A stretch of 64,000 nucleotides of DNA from Octopus bimaculoides (GCF_001194135.2 NC_068982.1:144665778-144729777); one strand, 5' to 3'; counted from the first letter of the stretch, positions 1 to 12,689 are shown. Program-made: numbers and translations. Notes: generated by a model from the sequence alone, not told the origin.

Positions 1-39
1 CTGCATATGTGTTTGTGTGCGTGTGTGTGCGTGTGTGTG

Positions 40-245
40 TGTGTGTTTGTTCTCCACCACTGCTTGACAACCATTGCTGGTTTGCTTATGTTCCTATAAC
101 ACAGCAGTTCTACAAAAAGCGACCAATAAAATAAGCACCAAGCTTTAAAAAAAAGTACTGGGGTCAATTCATCCAACTAAAAATTCTTCAAGGCTGTGCC
201 CCAGCGTGGCCACAGTCTAATGACTGAAACAAGCATAAGATAAAA
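40..245 (+). mobile_element. SINE family I, 3' half
   Basis: Matches the 3' half of the copies at 2.2-3.1, 12.7 and 30.0 kb (gcttgacaacc...ccagc[a/g]tggcc[a/g]cagtc...gactgaaacaag). Confidence 0.75.
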
Positions 246-1592
246 GGTAACTGAATGATAAAAACATTTTCTTTTCTTGATTTAAAAAAAAGTAAGAATT
301 ATCATTGTCATCTTCCTTTTTTATGTCTGCCTTTCTTACATAAGCATGCATTGGATGAGACTTGAAATGAGGTACTATTCTACCACCAGATGTCCTTCCT
401 ATCACTGACTTGTTTCCAGGTTAGGTACTTAGTCCTGTGGAATTTCAAACAAACTGCACAGAAGCTGGGCATGGTTTTATGGCAAACACAGACATTGACA
501 CCACCNNNNNNNNNNNNNNNNNNNNNNNNNNNNNNNNNNNNNNNNNNNNNNNNNNNNNNNNNNNNNNNNNNNNNNNNNNNNNNNNNNNNNNNNNNNNNNN
601 NNNNNNNNNNNNNNNNNNNNNNNNNNNNNNNNNNNNNNNNNNNNNNNNNNNNNNNNNNNNNNNNNNNNNNNNNNNNNNNNNNNNNNNNNNNNNNNNNNNN
701 NNNNNNNNNNNNNNNNNNNNNNNNNNNNNNNNNNNNNNNNNNNNNNNNNNNNNNNNNNNNNNNNNNNNNNNNNNNNNNNNNNNNNNNNNNNNNNNNNNNN
801 NNNNNNNNNNNNNNCAGAATTTGAACTCAGAATGTAAACAGTTGAAATGCCACCAGCAGACATTAGAAACATACTTTGAGCCATGTTAATCAGCATGTTC
901 ATCTTTTGTGACTCAGATTGCATCTTACAATGTTTAATGATATTTACCTAAAAAAATCGTAACAGTTAACTCTTAATTTTTACGAGTAGTTTCTTTTGAG
1001 ACTAAGTTTGCTGTGACAGTTCTCCAAATTTACACTGAAATAAACTAAGAGGCAGTTTTGATTAAAGTATATCTAGAAATCAAAGGAAATGACCACTATT
1101 CCCTTCAAACTTTGCTTTTGTGATCTGGACATCAATGTTTTGAAACTCACCTATTTTCCATTACATTTCAGGCAGATTCAGTACTGAGTTGCTGAAGCAG
1201 CATTTTCTAGAACCTAGAAGTTTCTAAAAGCTTCAAGAATTTCTAGAAAGTTCTGGCAACATAGATGGCAGTATGAATACAGAAATCGTATGCTCAACAG
1301 ATCAGTTTATGTCTAGCTGTCCAAAAAGGGAGATAATCGATTACCCCTCTTTCTATCATTCTATTTTACTCACAGAAAGCAATTTAAATATACTCTATTT
1401 GGTGTTAAACTAGATCAAGTCTTGTTCTGACTAGATTTCCATGTGTATAGCGTATGCCAACAGTTCCCTTATAAATGAAAATAGGTAAAGGAAGTGCAAT
1501 CACCACATGCTGCAAACATCAATCTGAAAATGTGCTTGATCACCAAGAACCACTGGAGAGAAGAAAGGAAAGGAAAAAGAAACAAAACTTAC

Positions 1593-1778
1593 AATTTTCA
1601 GTAAATGACCATCTATTGTTCCAAGAAGATAAACTGGGCGGTGCTCCCAGGTATAGAGTTGTATTGCAGTTATGTAAGTGGATAGATTGAATGAAGCTGT
1701 CACTGCTATCGGCTTTCTTTTAGAAATGTACACGTTGTTAGCAATACCACATGTTTCCTCTGTGATACCATCGTGGAC
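1593..1778 (-). CDS. Plexin-like receptor, second coding exon (C-terminal Sema segment)
   Basis: Acceptor ctttctgtttaacag| and donor |GTAAGT (1592-1587). 186 nt, phase 0 to phase 0, in frame with exon 1. Translation VHDGITEETCGIANNVYISKRKPIAVTASFNLSTYITAIQLYTWEHRPVYLLGTIDGHLLKI matches the plexin pattern '(F)CG...P...LTSVA....V.FLGT..G.LKK'. Confidence 0.87.
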
Positions 1779-2197
1779 CTGTTAAACAGAAAGATATTGG
1801 TTTCTGAATCAAGAAAAATGATAGACAGGAAGATAATGTAAAAACATAACAGTGGTGGTGTAAATGATGATGATGATGAGGAAACTGAGTGGCACTCTGG
1901 GCAAGTGTCTTACCATTGTCCCAGGTTGAGTAAAACTTTGTGAATGGGTGTTTGCATGTGCACGAGTGTGTGTGTATACATGTATATGTATGTTCATTTA
2001 TCACTGAATGTCTGTGTTTGTTTACATCTCCCTTCTACAAAAGTTGTGACATATGAGCAGTGTTGTCGCCAATTTTCCAGTCAACAAATCATTCTCTTGC
2101 TTTGTCTTCAAAGCTATAATGGAATAAGAGATCCCTTACTAGCAAAACAGATAAAAGTTAGCTGCAGCAAGTGCATTCAACTGTAAAACATTGTCTC

Positions 2198-2804
2198 GCT
2201 GTGTGGTAAGTAACTTGCTTACCAACCACATGGTTCCGGGTTCAGTCCCACTGCATGGCACCTTCGGCAAGTGCCTTCTACTATAGCCTTGGGCCGACCA
2301 AAGCCTTGTGAGTGGATTTGGTAGACGGAAACTGAAAGAAGCCCGTCATATATATATATATATANNNNNNNNNNNNNNNNNNNNNNNNNNNNNNNNNNNN
2401 NNNNNNNNNNNNNNNNNNNNNNNNNNNNNNNNNNNNNNNNNNNNNNNNNNNNNNNNNNNNNNNNNNNNNNNNNNNNNNNNNNNNNNNNNNNNNNNNNNNN
2501 NNNNNNNNNNNNNNNNNNNNNNNNNNNNNNNNNNNNNNNNNNNNNNNNNNNNNNNNNNNNNNNNNNNNNNNNNNNNNNNNNNNNNNNNNNNNNNNNNNNN
2601 NNNNNNNNNNNNNNNNNNNNNNNNNNNNNNNNNNNNNNNNNNNNNNNNNNNNNNNNNNNNNNNNNNNNNNNNNNNNNNNNNNNNNNNNNNNNNNNNNNNN
2701 NNNNNNNNNNNNNNNNNNNNNNNNNNNNNNNNNNNNNNNNNNNNNNNNNNNNNNNNNNNNNNNNNNNNNNNNNNNNNNNNNNNNNNNNNNNNNNNNNNNN
2801 NNNN

Positions 2805-2844
<40 letters not shown>

Positions 2845-3066
2845 GTATGTATGTGTGTGTATATGTTTGTGTGTCTGTGTTTGTTCCCCTAACATCGCTT
2901 GACAACCAATGCTGGTGTGTTTAGGTCCCCGTAACTTAGCGGTTCGGCAAAAGTGACCGATAAAATAAGTACTAGGCATCCAAAGAATAAGTCCTGGGGT
3001 CGATTTGCTCGACTAAAGGCGGTGCTCCAGCATGGCCGCAGTCAAATGACTGAAACAAGTAAAGAG
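2198..3066 (+). mobile_element. SINE family I (tRNA-like head, internal TA/TG microsatellite), spans an assembly gap
   Basis: Head gtgtggtaag...ggttcagtcccactg, central (TA)n(TG)n, tail ...gactgaaacaagtaaagag. Many near-identical copies occur in the window. Confidence 0.85.
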
Positions 3067-3354
3067 TATGTAAACCGTCAAGCATGGAAAAATGGAAATA
3101 AAGCATAAATGTGAATATTTAATGTTTTAACTTCTATTATCATTTCGATCTAGAGTAAGATGCTGTGTTCATGGGTTTTGCATGTCCACTGAGACCAGTA
3201 AGGGTGGCACAGGAAACTAGCAGAGTACGTTATAAATAAACTGACAGGGGCCTATGGGGAAACCATTGCAGCATCTTTCCCAAGCAAAATCATGGATCTT
3301 CAGATTTTGGTATGAAGGTCTATGATAATCAATGCCTGTAGACTTGCCATATGA

Positions 3355-4120
3355 AAAGTGAGCTAGATCCAGGAAGACCTGGGATGAGGTGGTGAAGCAC
3401 GACCTTCGAACATTAGTCCTCACCAAGGCAATGACTTGTGACTGAGACCATAATCCGAGGCCTCTGCCAGGGGAGTAGCCAGCCCACTTATGCGTACCTT
3501 TTCTTCATTGGACACTAAACTCTGCTTGCAAAGACCTGTTGAGGCAAGTGAAATCGAAATCGAACCAAATTCAACGACTGGCAGCCATGCCAACCTCTCC
3601 TTCATTGGACACTAAACTCAGCTTGCAAAGACCTGTTAGGGCAAGTGAAATTGAAATTGTGATGGCACCTGTACCAGTGGAGCGCTAAGAGCACCGTCTG
3701 AGTGTGATCATTGCCAGAGCAGCTGTCTGGTTTCTGTGCCAGTGGCACGTAAATAGCACCATTTGAGCATGATCATTACCAGCATTGCCTCACTGGCACT
3801 TATGCCGGTGGCATGTGAAAAAAACATTCGAGCGAGATCATTGCCTGTGCCGCCGGACTGGCTCCTGTGCAGGTGGCATGTAGAATACACCATTTTGAGC
3901 CTGGCCGTTGCCAGTACCACCTGACTGGCCTTCGTGCCGGTGGCACGTAAAAGCACCCACTACACTGTCCAAGTGGTTGGCGTTAGGAAGGGCATCCAGC
4001 TGTAGAAACTGCCAGATCAGATTGGAACCTGGTGTAGCCATCTGGTTCACCAGTCCTCAGTCAAATCGTCCAACCCATGCTAGCATGGAAAGCAGACGTT
4101 AAACGATGATGATGATGATG
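3355..4120 (+). mobile_element. RTE-clade LINE 3' end (ORF tail, tandemly repeated 3' UTR, (GAT)n tail)
   Basis: Encodes KTWDEVVKHDLRTL-type C-terminus. The 3' UTR has ~98-bp and ~66-bp tandem units and ends ...gttaaacgatgatgatg. Confidence 0.85.
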
Positions 4121-4379
4121 GTATTTTGTTTGCATCCAAATAATGTTTGATGAGTTTTCTTCTTACTTTGTTTACTCATTTAAAAAGGGCTGACACAAAT
4201 CCAAGAAAATGATGAAGCGATGGAGATGATGATTCTTGCACACTGTAGAAAGAAAGGGATTTGAAGCATCATCAGCAATAGTGAGTGGAGTTGACTGCTG
4301 CTTTTATAAGTGCTTGACACTGGACAATAGATATTGAAACAGAGAAACAAATGCCTAATATATGCAGATCCCTCACTTG

Positions 4380-5420
4380 GTATGCTGATTGGTCGTAGCT
4401 ACATTGATTCCCATGGTTTAAGTATAAATATTGCATGCCGATGTTTGTTTTAATTTCAATGTCCAAAGATAGGCTTAGGGTTGAGTAGGATATAATTTGA
4501 AGAGATTTGTTTGCTATCTTTATCAACTTCAATGACTGCATAGAGGGCTCTTTATGCAGTCATTGTAGTGTACTTGTGTGCGAGTTGTTGACATCCAAAT
4601 AAGCTTTTTTCAAATATAGTACAGGATGTTTGTGCATAGCAGATATGTGACCAGTACTTTAATGTGGGTCGCATTTCAATTTTGAAGAAGTTCTATAACT
4701 AATCAGATTTGAAAAGAAAGAATTTGGGATACACTTTCCACAAGGTTATTTACATGAAGTCACCATTATTGCCTATGATCATTACATTTGTAATAATTTT
4801 CAAAGGTTTAGTTATATGTTGTCTAGGTATAGGGAGGATATAGCTAAAAACGGTCTCATCATATATTTAGGAATTGTGTCTTTATGTTGTTGAAGGTGAC
4901 TAGCTAGTCACACCTCCCATTAAGGATGTTTACAAACTTTCTGTTCATGGAAAAGGTTCATGTCTGAATTTGAGGTGCCTAGGTTACATATAGAAGACAC
5001 CTATATATGAAATGTTAAGAGTGTATAAAAGGTGCAATCACAAGCATGTGGATAGGAATAAGAGCAAATAGGTTATTACTGTATAAAAGGAGGAATGTCA
5101 GGTGTATAACTCAATGTTATGTTATACTAGAATTTATGGAACATGTGTCAGAGAGAGAACAGTCAATGGCAGTAGAACGGTTTCAGTCAGATAGATGAGA
5201 AATGGAGAAGCCCACAAGAAACAGGAGGGCAACTGAAATAGTGTGTTCACTGCAAGACATAGTCAAAGGTCTTGCTGATATCAACAGCAACAACATTGCT
5301 AATTCAAAATTTCTCAGGGGGAATTGACTACTGGAGCAGGATGAAAAGAGTAAATTTCTAACAGAACTGACTCTTCTGAAACTGCAACAAAAGGTTTCTG
5401 AGAAGGGAATGCAATTTAAG
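4380..5420 (-). mobile_element. Heavily decayed CR1/Jockey/Crack-group LINE (RT to C-terminal region) in the plexin intron
   Basis: Minus-strand remnants VVAVDISKTFDYV (~5290-5250) and MRPTLKYWSHIC (~4675-4640), with many stops. Confidence 0.55.
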
Positions 5421-6594
5421 GTGATAAAGGAGGTCAATGTATATGACTATTTCTGTCACCTTTGAGACCTTTAGATAAATACTAGTAGGAGTTTATCATT
5501 AATGGATATGAATACAAGTTATTGACAAATGTTACCAATATTGAAAACTCAATCTCATTGTTCTTATCTTTGAAGAACAGTGTTTCATGGGAGCTGTTGT
5601 ATGTAGGTGATCAAATTATCATGGTAGCAGGAATCTATGAATTGTAAGAAGAATTCTAAACCTTTTAGATGAAATCTTAGTCAATGGAAACAGAAGATTA
5701 ATGTAGTTTAATATAATGGTACAGTTAGTAATCCAAGCTCTAGCAGAGTCCATAATATACTAAAAATAGCTATATTTTACAAGTACAAATCAAAAGGCTT
5801 GGTAGATACTTAAATATACGTAAACAATAAAGAGAAGGCTTATAAGATAATATCATAATTAGATTAATATGGATTTCATATGGATGACCACTTGAACCAA
5901 TGTGAACAAGCCTAATATAGAACTTCTATGTAGACGTCCAATATGCTAGAAATAGCAGCCAGTTCACTAACTAATGTAAACAACTTAGGATTTAAAATCA
6001 TGATCTTCTCTGATAGCTTGTGAGTTAATGTAGATAAGTTCTGTCACTCAAGTGACCGAATTAACGCTGAGTACTGAGTGGAGTAAGTGCTATGCTCTTC
6101 TCTATTTTAGTGAAGAATGCTTTTCTTTTTAGAGAATAGTTATTGATACAGGCGACAAAAAGATTCTGTTGCTTGTACTATATGACATCTTAGATAGAAA
6201 TGTGGTGCTGAAGACTATTGAAACATTTGAAGTAAAACCAGATAAGTTATATTAACTGGGCACCAAGTTCTACTCTATATGATAAAAGAGCTTAGAAGTC
6301 CAGTCCAAAGTCAAGAAATTTCAACAGTTGGAATAGGGATTAAAAAAAAAAAAAAAAAGAGGGCAGTAATTCAAATATACTAATGTGTACTTAAATACTA
6401 AGCTATTAAAGTGTATTCAAAATTTAGAAAAGTAAGTTTTTCTCAAAAGATTTAGGCCCTTTGCCACACTAATATTAGTCGCATGGTCTGAAAATTTAGA
6501 TATATTGAAAAGGTTGGAATTATTACAGTTATTCTTGATACTGATTAATATCTTTTTAGTCCAGTTTTGTAGGAGAAAGCGGACATAAAGGAAG

Positions 6595-6930
6595 TCTAAT
6601 GACCACCAGAATGACTTTCATAAAGCTAGATCTACTAAGAGACCTACAATATTATGTCACTCACCAGTGGGCTTTCAGTTTAGTAAAATTTTGTTGAAGC
6701 CATGCTATTGCTCTTGACATCAGTAAAACCTTCAGATATGTTAAACATACAAATCTGTCAAAACTGCCTGCTGAGGACTCCACCCATCTCTCATTTTTTA
6801 TATTAGTAACTTACTGCCAGATCATGCTGCTGTGGCCTGCACTGATGGAGTTATCTCTGGCCCACACTCTATGAACTCTGGTGTGTGGCCCTGGGTTCAG
6901 TTCTGTCCTCTACACTCTTATGTACCTACA
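6595..6930 (+). mobile_element. Decayed LINE RT fragment of the same broad group
   Basis: DHQNDFHKARST (QYGFR-like), AIALDISKTF, and an NSGV..GSVLSSTL-like (GVPQGS) segment with frameshifts. Confidence 0.6.
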
Positions 6931-7959
6931 TGTTGTCACCTCCAGCAATGCTGATATTTATGCAGTTTTCATTACTTCCTAACATTCCCCACCCAAGTGT
7001 TATCCACATGTAACCAAGACACTTCATGCCAAATCTGTAGTGACTCCATGAACAAAAACCTCAAAAATATCTACTAACAGGTCAGGGAGAGGCCAATTTT
7101 GTCTCCTACAACAACAAATAAATGTAAGCACTATTCACAGCAAGAAATATCATCCCATCATGCCCAATTTTAACATGAGCAGCATGTAACTGAAATCCTC
7201 ATAATTGCTCCTAAGGGCTGGCTTCCTTATCACTGATGCTCTCACCTGGTGAATACACATCTTTAACATAGCAAAATACTACATCACAAAGGTTAGATAT
7301 TCTCTTCAGAGTCAGAAAACACTTCACATCTAACAACTACTAATGCTCTACACAACTCAAAAGAACTTACAATGTAGTACAGTTCCCATTCAGGGACACA
7401 ACGGATGCCAGCCCCCACCCCTACACACACATCCTGAACCACATCTAAAGAAAGGCCACATGACTGATCGGTATAAAAATACCCACAGGCAAATTTTGTG
7501 AACATCAGAAGAATTAAAAGTGGCCTTTCTTAGAATAACAAGGTGAAATACAGCTTTGCATTTAGATCATCTACCTACTGTCAAAGCTAGTTCCCAGATT
7601 ATCATTAACATTGATTATATTTTATATACACAAAGCAATCAATTTTATAAGGGAAATAAAAAGAGAGTGTGAGTCATTCATACCTTTCTTTTGGTGATGT
7701 AAGGGAGGAGTTAAACAGATACAATTGAGAATCAAAATCCAATTTTACTCTTTTCTCTTCTACTAAGAGGCTTTCTGTGACATTTTTAATGTAAAGCCTT
7801 CAATTATAGGGAATTATTTTACACCAGAGTAACTGACTTGAAACAAATAATGGTAATGTTTCGTAGCAAAGTTTGGACTTATGGTTCTTTGGTACAGCAC
7901 ATTAATTAGTCATGTACATTTGATTCAAATGTGTATAAGCAAGAAAGAATTCGACTTAC

Positions 7960-8910
7960 CACTTCTGAACAGTATTCATTAGTAATAATCCAAGGTGAGG
8001 TCTTTGGAAATTCATGGCTGTTTTTACTACAACTTGATATTGTTTGCTTAATTTTCCTTTTCACCTCAATCATGTCATGTTCACAGACAGCTGATCTCTT
8101 GTGTTCTTCACTCCAGTAGGCCACCAATAGCACTGGTTTCCCTTCAATGTAGGTAAAGCGAGCAGCAGTGCTATAGTGAATTTTGTAGTCACTAAGCCAA
8201 CAATGAAGTTTCATTTCAATGTAATAATAATTCTCATCTTCTTCACAAACTCGTAGGAGGTATGTTGAATTATTGTTCCTTACCGAAACGTAGAAAATAA
8301 AATTGTTATATTTGAACCCATAGATGAACTCAACTGGGACATTTCTGTTAGCCTTAACATATTTCAAGTTATTCCTGAAAGAAATCTTATGATATTGATT
8401 AATTTTTTCAATTTTACGTTCAGATATTGTAAATGGATAATCGGAAATTGCACGGCCATCATAAGCCATAGCAACATACATGTAAGGAACGCTTGTCTGA
8501 GATTTTTCAAAAAATGCCACAACAGATTTTTGGTTTCCAATAAGACTTGCATTTCGGGTGTCAGAGGTGACTTTTTTCGTAGTCATATCATCCAAATTGT
8601 AAAATCTGCAAGCTCCTTTTTTTATTGTTCCACAAACAAGAAGATATTCTAAATTTGGTTCAATTGCTAAAACAGTTACAGTGTTGTTGACAGCTGAATT
8701 TGACACAGGTTTGATATTCAAAGATTGCAATACCTTCAGCTCACGATCTAAATGATAAATTCCATTGACACCACCAACATACACGTCATTTGTTTTGGAA
8801 TTTATGGAAATTTTGGAGAGTTTTCCATATCCAGCCTTAAAGGAGGAGAGCGAAGACAATGATCCTTTTGTAAGGAAAAAACATCCCAATAGAAGTAATA
8901 AGAATTGCAT
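7960..8910 (-). CDS. Plexin-like Sema-domain receptor, first coding exon (signal peptide plus most of the Sema domain)
   Basis: 317 uninterrupted codons. Hydrophobic N-terminus MQFLLLLLGCFFLTKG. Plexin Sema motifs: DVYVGGVNGIYHL, YLLVCGTIKKGACRF, VEFIYGFKYNNFIFY, YLLRVCEEDENYYYIEMKLHC, SAVCEHDMIEVKRKIKQTISSC. Ends in a phase-0 donor GTAAGT (7959-7954). A strong upstream acceptor (T-tract plus CAG at 9041-9039) suggests the exon starts at 9038 with 5' UTR. Confidence 0.9.
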
Positions 8911-8922
8911 TGTTAGTGCCAG

Positions 8923-8982
8923 TCAGCACTGATGATCTACACTGTTCTGGATATTACAGTTGTTAGAAGGTAACGAGCACAT
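8923..8982 (-). promoter_or_regulatory. Candidate uORF (19 codons) in the predicted 5' UTR, in frame with the plexin-like ATG
   Basis: ATG at 8982-8980 reads MCSLPSNNCNIQNSVDHQC*. The TGA is followed by CTG GCA CTA ACA and then the main ATG at 8910. It exists only if the 9039 acceptor is used. Confidence 0.4.
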
Positions 8983-9435
8983 TGAAGAAGTCAATCCAAT
9001 TCAATTCAATGAGGAGGGCCAAAACAACAGAGGTAAAACTGGAAAAAAAGAAAAAAAAAAAGATTGATCATTATCATAAACTGCAAAGTCACATATTAAG
9101 TTTTTTAATAGATATAACAACTTCCAACACAGAAATTAGTTGAAGAATCATGTGTTAAAGCAAACAATGTGGGAAGAGAGAAAAAAGATCTCAATTGTGT
9201 AAAAAAAAAAAAAAGAAAAAAACAAAGACCCTACCTTTTGGACAACATATTTAATGGTTGAAAAAATATAATTTCTTACAGTTTGCACAAAGTATCAGGT
9301 TATCTACAAAAGGATCTTTATGAAATCAGTGAACTTACAGTTCAAATATTTAGTTCTAACATGAATTATATATATTGTATCATATGAATGGGGATGCATC
9401 CATCTACCTGTTTGGAAGCATTTATTATTTATTTA

Positions 9436-9540
9436 CAAGAGGTTGCTGAAAAGTTCCTGGCTTTAAGGATATCACAAAAGGCCTGGTTTGAGGCCCAACC
9501 TTTCAAGTTCTTTTACAGGGTTTAGAAAAACTGAAGGACG
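9436..9540 (+). mobile_element. Internally deleted mariner fragment, followed by a tRNA-SINE head (9540-9592, minus)
   Basis: TA plus caagaggttgctgaaaagttcctggct TIR, then a transposase C-terminal remnant LQGLEKLKD. Confidence 0.6.
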
Positions 9541-10124
9541 CGATCCTACGACCGTGAGTCCGCTGCCCTAACCACTGGGCCATTGCACCTCCGCATGTAT
9601 ACATACATACATGCATACTAGCATAAAGAATATTGGCAAAACATTCCCATCAAAACTTCTACAAAATGCAAAACATAAAATATCTGACATAGTTGTTTGG
9701 GACAGAAAAGAAAAGTCATGTACAATCAAAGAGATTATGCACCCTGCAAGGGTGAACATCTCATCCAAAATCATTGAGAAGGAGAAAGTTTATGGATAAC
9801 AGCTCATTTATTCCAGTTATAAATTCACATTTATACCAAAAGTCTTTGGTGAAATTTGTTTTATTAGTAAATGTCTAAGAGACAAGCTGTAAAGACTAGC
9901 ATTTCAAGTAATGAAACAGATTGGCTAACTTAAACTTTATAGACACAACCTGTAAGTGAAACAGTAAGAATATGTAAGAATTCACTATGTAACAATACAA
10001 TTATCATTATCATTGTTGTTATCCAAATTTTAGTGATGGAAGTTTTGTTTCTTTGTTAGAAACTAGCTCTCCACTTCTAGGAAGAATACACACTCACACA
10101 CAAACATGCTTACAAAATGTACGG

Positions 10125-10415
10125 CTATATAGTTAAGTTTGTCTCCGTAACCACTTGATTCTGGGTTCAATCACATTGTGTGAAACTCTGGGTAGGTATC
10201 TTCTACAATAATGCCAGGAAGCCCAGTATCTAGTGAGTGAATTTATTAGATGAAAACACAATAGAAGCCCATTGTATGTCTATAAATAAATGTATATGTA
10301 CATACATGCCTGTGTTTGTCTCTAATCCTTAAGTAACTGGTGTCAAATTGTTTATGATCCTGTAACTTAGCAGTTTGGCAAAAAGAGACCATTAGAATAT
10401 GTAACATACTTAAAA
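10125..10415 (+). mobile_element. SINE family I, diverged copy
   Basis: Alignable by eye to 2198-3066. Confidence 0.7.
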
Positions 10416-10499
10416 AATGAGTATGTTCATTGATTAATAAAACAATTAAAGATGGTGCCCTGTCATGGACACAAACGTGTGCGTGCATGCACACACACA

Positions 10500-10655
10500 C
10501 ATACATGCTATTAGCTTCTTTTAGTTTCCAACTTCCAAATCCATACACAAGGCTTTGGTTGGTTCGGGGCTGTAGTAAAAAATGCCCAAGATGCTTTACA
10601 GTTGAGACTGAACCTGGAATCATGTGGCTGGAAAACAAACTTCTTACCATGGAGC
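10500..10655 (-). mobile_element. SINE family I, 5' half, inverted relative to the neighbouring copy
   Basis: ccaaatcca..cacaaggctttggt...ctgaacctggaa.catgtgg matches the reverse complement of the head. Confidence 0.7.
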
Positions 10656-10671
10656 CACCCCTGCCCCTAAG

Positions 10672-11206
10672 AGTTTGGACACAAAACTCTGCTTGCAAGG
10701 ACCCCTAACAGGTCCTTGCAATCGAAATTGAACAAAATTTGATGACTGACACCCGTGCCAGTGGAGTGCTAACAGCACCATCCGAGTGAGATCACTGCCA
10801 GAGAAGCTGTCTGGCTTTCATGCCGGTGGCATAATAAAAGCACCATTTGAGTGTGATCGTTACCAGCGTCGCCTTCTAGCACTTGTGCTGGTGGCACGTG
10901 AACAAAACATTCGAGCGAGGTCGTTACCAGTACTGCTGAACTGCCCCCTGTGCAGGTGGCACATAAAAAACACCATTTGAGTGTGGCCATTGTCAGTACT
11001 GCCAGACTGGCCCTCATGCCAGTGGCATGTAAAAGCACCTACTACACTCTTGGAGTGGTTAGCATTAGGAAGGGCATCCAGCTGTAGAAACTCTACCAGA
11101 TCAGATTTGAGCCTGGTGTTGCCATCCGGTTTCACCAGTCCTCAGTCAAATCATCCAACCCATGCTAGCATGGAAAGCGGACGTTAAACGATGATGATGA
11201 TGATGA

Positions 11207-11210
<4 letters not shown>
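10672..11210 (+). mobile_element. RTE LINE 3' UTR fragment
   Basis: Same repeat units and (GAT)n tail as 3355-4120. Confidence 0.85.
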
Positions 11211-11242
<32 letters not shown>

Positions 11243-12689
11243 GTGTATATATATCTATGTATTTGTATTTTTGCATTTGTATCTTGTTTGTCCCCTCCAC
11301 ACCACCTGACAACCAGTGTTGGTTTGTTTATGTCCTTGTAGCTTAGCAGTTTGGCAAAAGAGACTTTAAAAAAATAAGTACTGGTGTTGTTCTGATTGTC
11401 TAAACCCTTTGAGGAGATGCCCCAGCATGGCCACAGTCCAAAGACTGTAACAAATAGAAAGGTAATACACACACAGACATATATATACATACATACACAT
11501 GCATACATACACACATACATACATACATATGCATACACACACATACATATAGACACAAATATTCATGCACACAACTTAGAAATACTTAGATTCAGATAAA
11601 ACAACAACAAGCCAAGTTCAAGTTCAGGCATGAAACCTGATGTTATTTGTGAAACACCCCGAAAGTAGTTGAAAAACAGAAGCTTTTGACCTTTCTGTAC
11701 ATAAGGTCTTGCGGGGTCAACTGCCTAAGATTAAGAATAATTCATGATAATAATGACAATAATAGCAACAATGTGATGACGAGAAAGATGATTACGTTGA
11801 CAATAACAACAACCACAACAACAACAACAACAACAGAAACTTTCACTAGGGGGTGGGTTATAAAGAAAGCAAGGACAGAATGTGGAAAAACACATAAATA
11901 TATTTACAAATCACAAAGGGAACAGGGAAAGATTTTATCCAGTACATGCAAGATGTAGAAAGAATTTTAAACGTAAACAAACACATGTGCACACATTTAT
12001 ACATGTACACACAAACACAAAATTATGTACATAGACATATTTACATACATGAATACACACATAAATATGTATGCATACACGCATACTTGTATGGATATAA
12101 TAAGAAGTACAGTTACACACACGATGATTAAAATAAGATGTAATTGAAGGAAATAGGAAACGAAAAATTTTCCAGCTAGGTGGAGTTAAGGCACTGAGTG
12201 ACCTCGTTCACTTAATCACTTCTTAAATTGTATTTGTATGCAAATGAATGCACCAGCAAACATCATTTAAGAGGTTTAGTATTTTCATTATAATTTTACT
12301 AGTAATCTATCTATTGCATGATGTTTATATTTTGAATGTGATTGTTTTGGTGTCATTCTAACTTTTTAAAAATACTCTCCGGTACCACAGATGTGTTAAT
12401 AAACTGTTGGTTTTCAAAGCAGGGTGAATCTGTTCAGCTTTATTGTCTTCATTTTCTTATCTTTCATTGTTGTTTGGAACAAAATGTTTCCCTTTACCTG
12501 TTTTTGCTGTTTTATATTAAGTCTTCATTTTCTGTGATTTGTTTCTCTTTTCTCTCTTCCTACTTTTACAGAGAATTTGGATATTTTTGTCTGTATTAGT
12601 ACCTATTGCAAGAAACAGCAAGGTTTCTTTCTCCAACATTTCATATAGTTCAACTTACACAAGTTAATATGTGAAAAGTAACTCTTTTA

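Noticed and set aside
390-923. Long ORFs spanning N runs (also at 2.2-2.9, 20.5-21.3, 24.3, 38.6, 43.2 and 59.2 kb)
   Set aside because: Their length is created by assembly gaps.
1-1592. Search for plexin exon 3 (acceptors at ~1553, ~1525, ~1514 and ~1468; donor-like sites at ~1372, ~1149 and ~339)
   Set aside because: All phase-0 readings I tried hit stops or lack PSI/Sema motifs. The exon is probably outside the window or in the 506-814 gap.
4380-6930. Oppositely oriented old LINE RT remnants in the plexin intron as a dsRNA source
   Set aside because: Too diverged at the nucleotide level for extended pairing as far as I can see.
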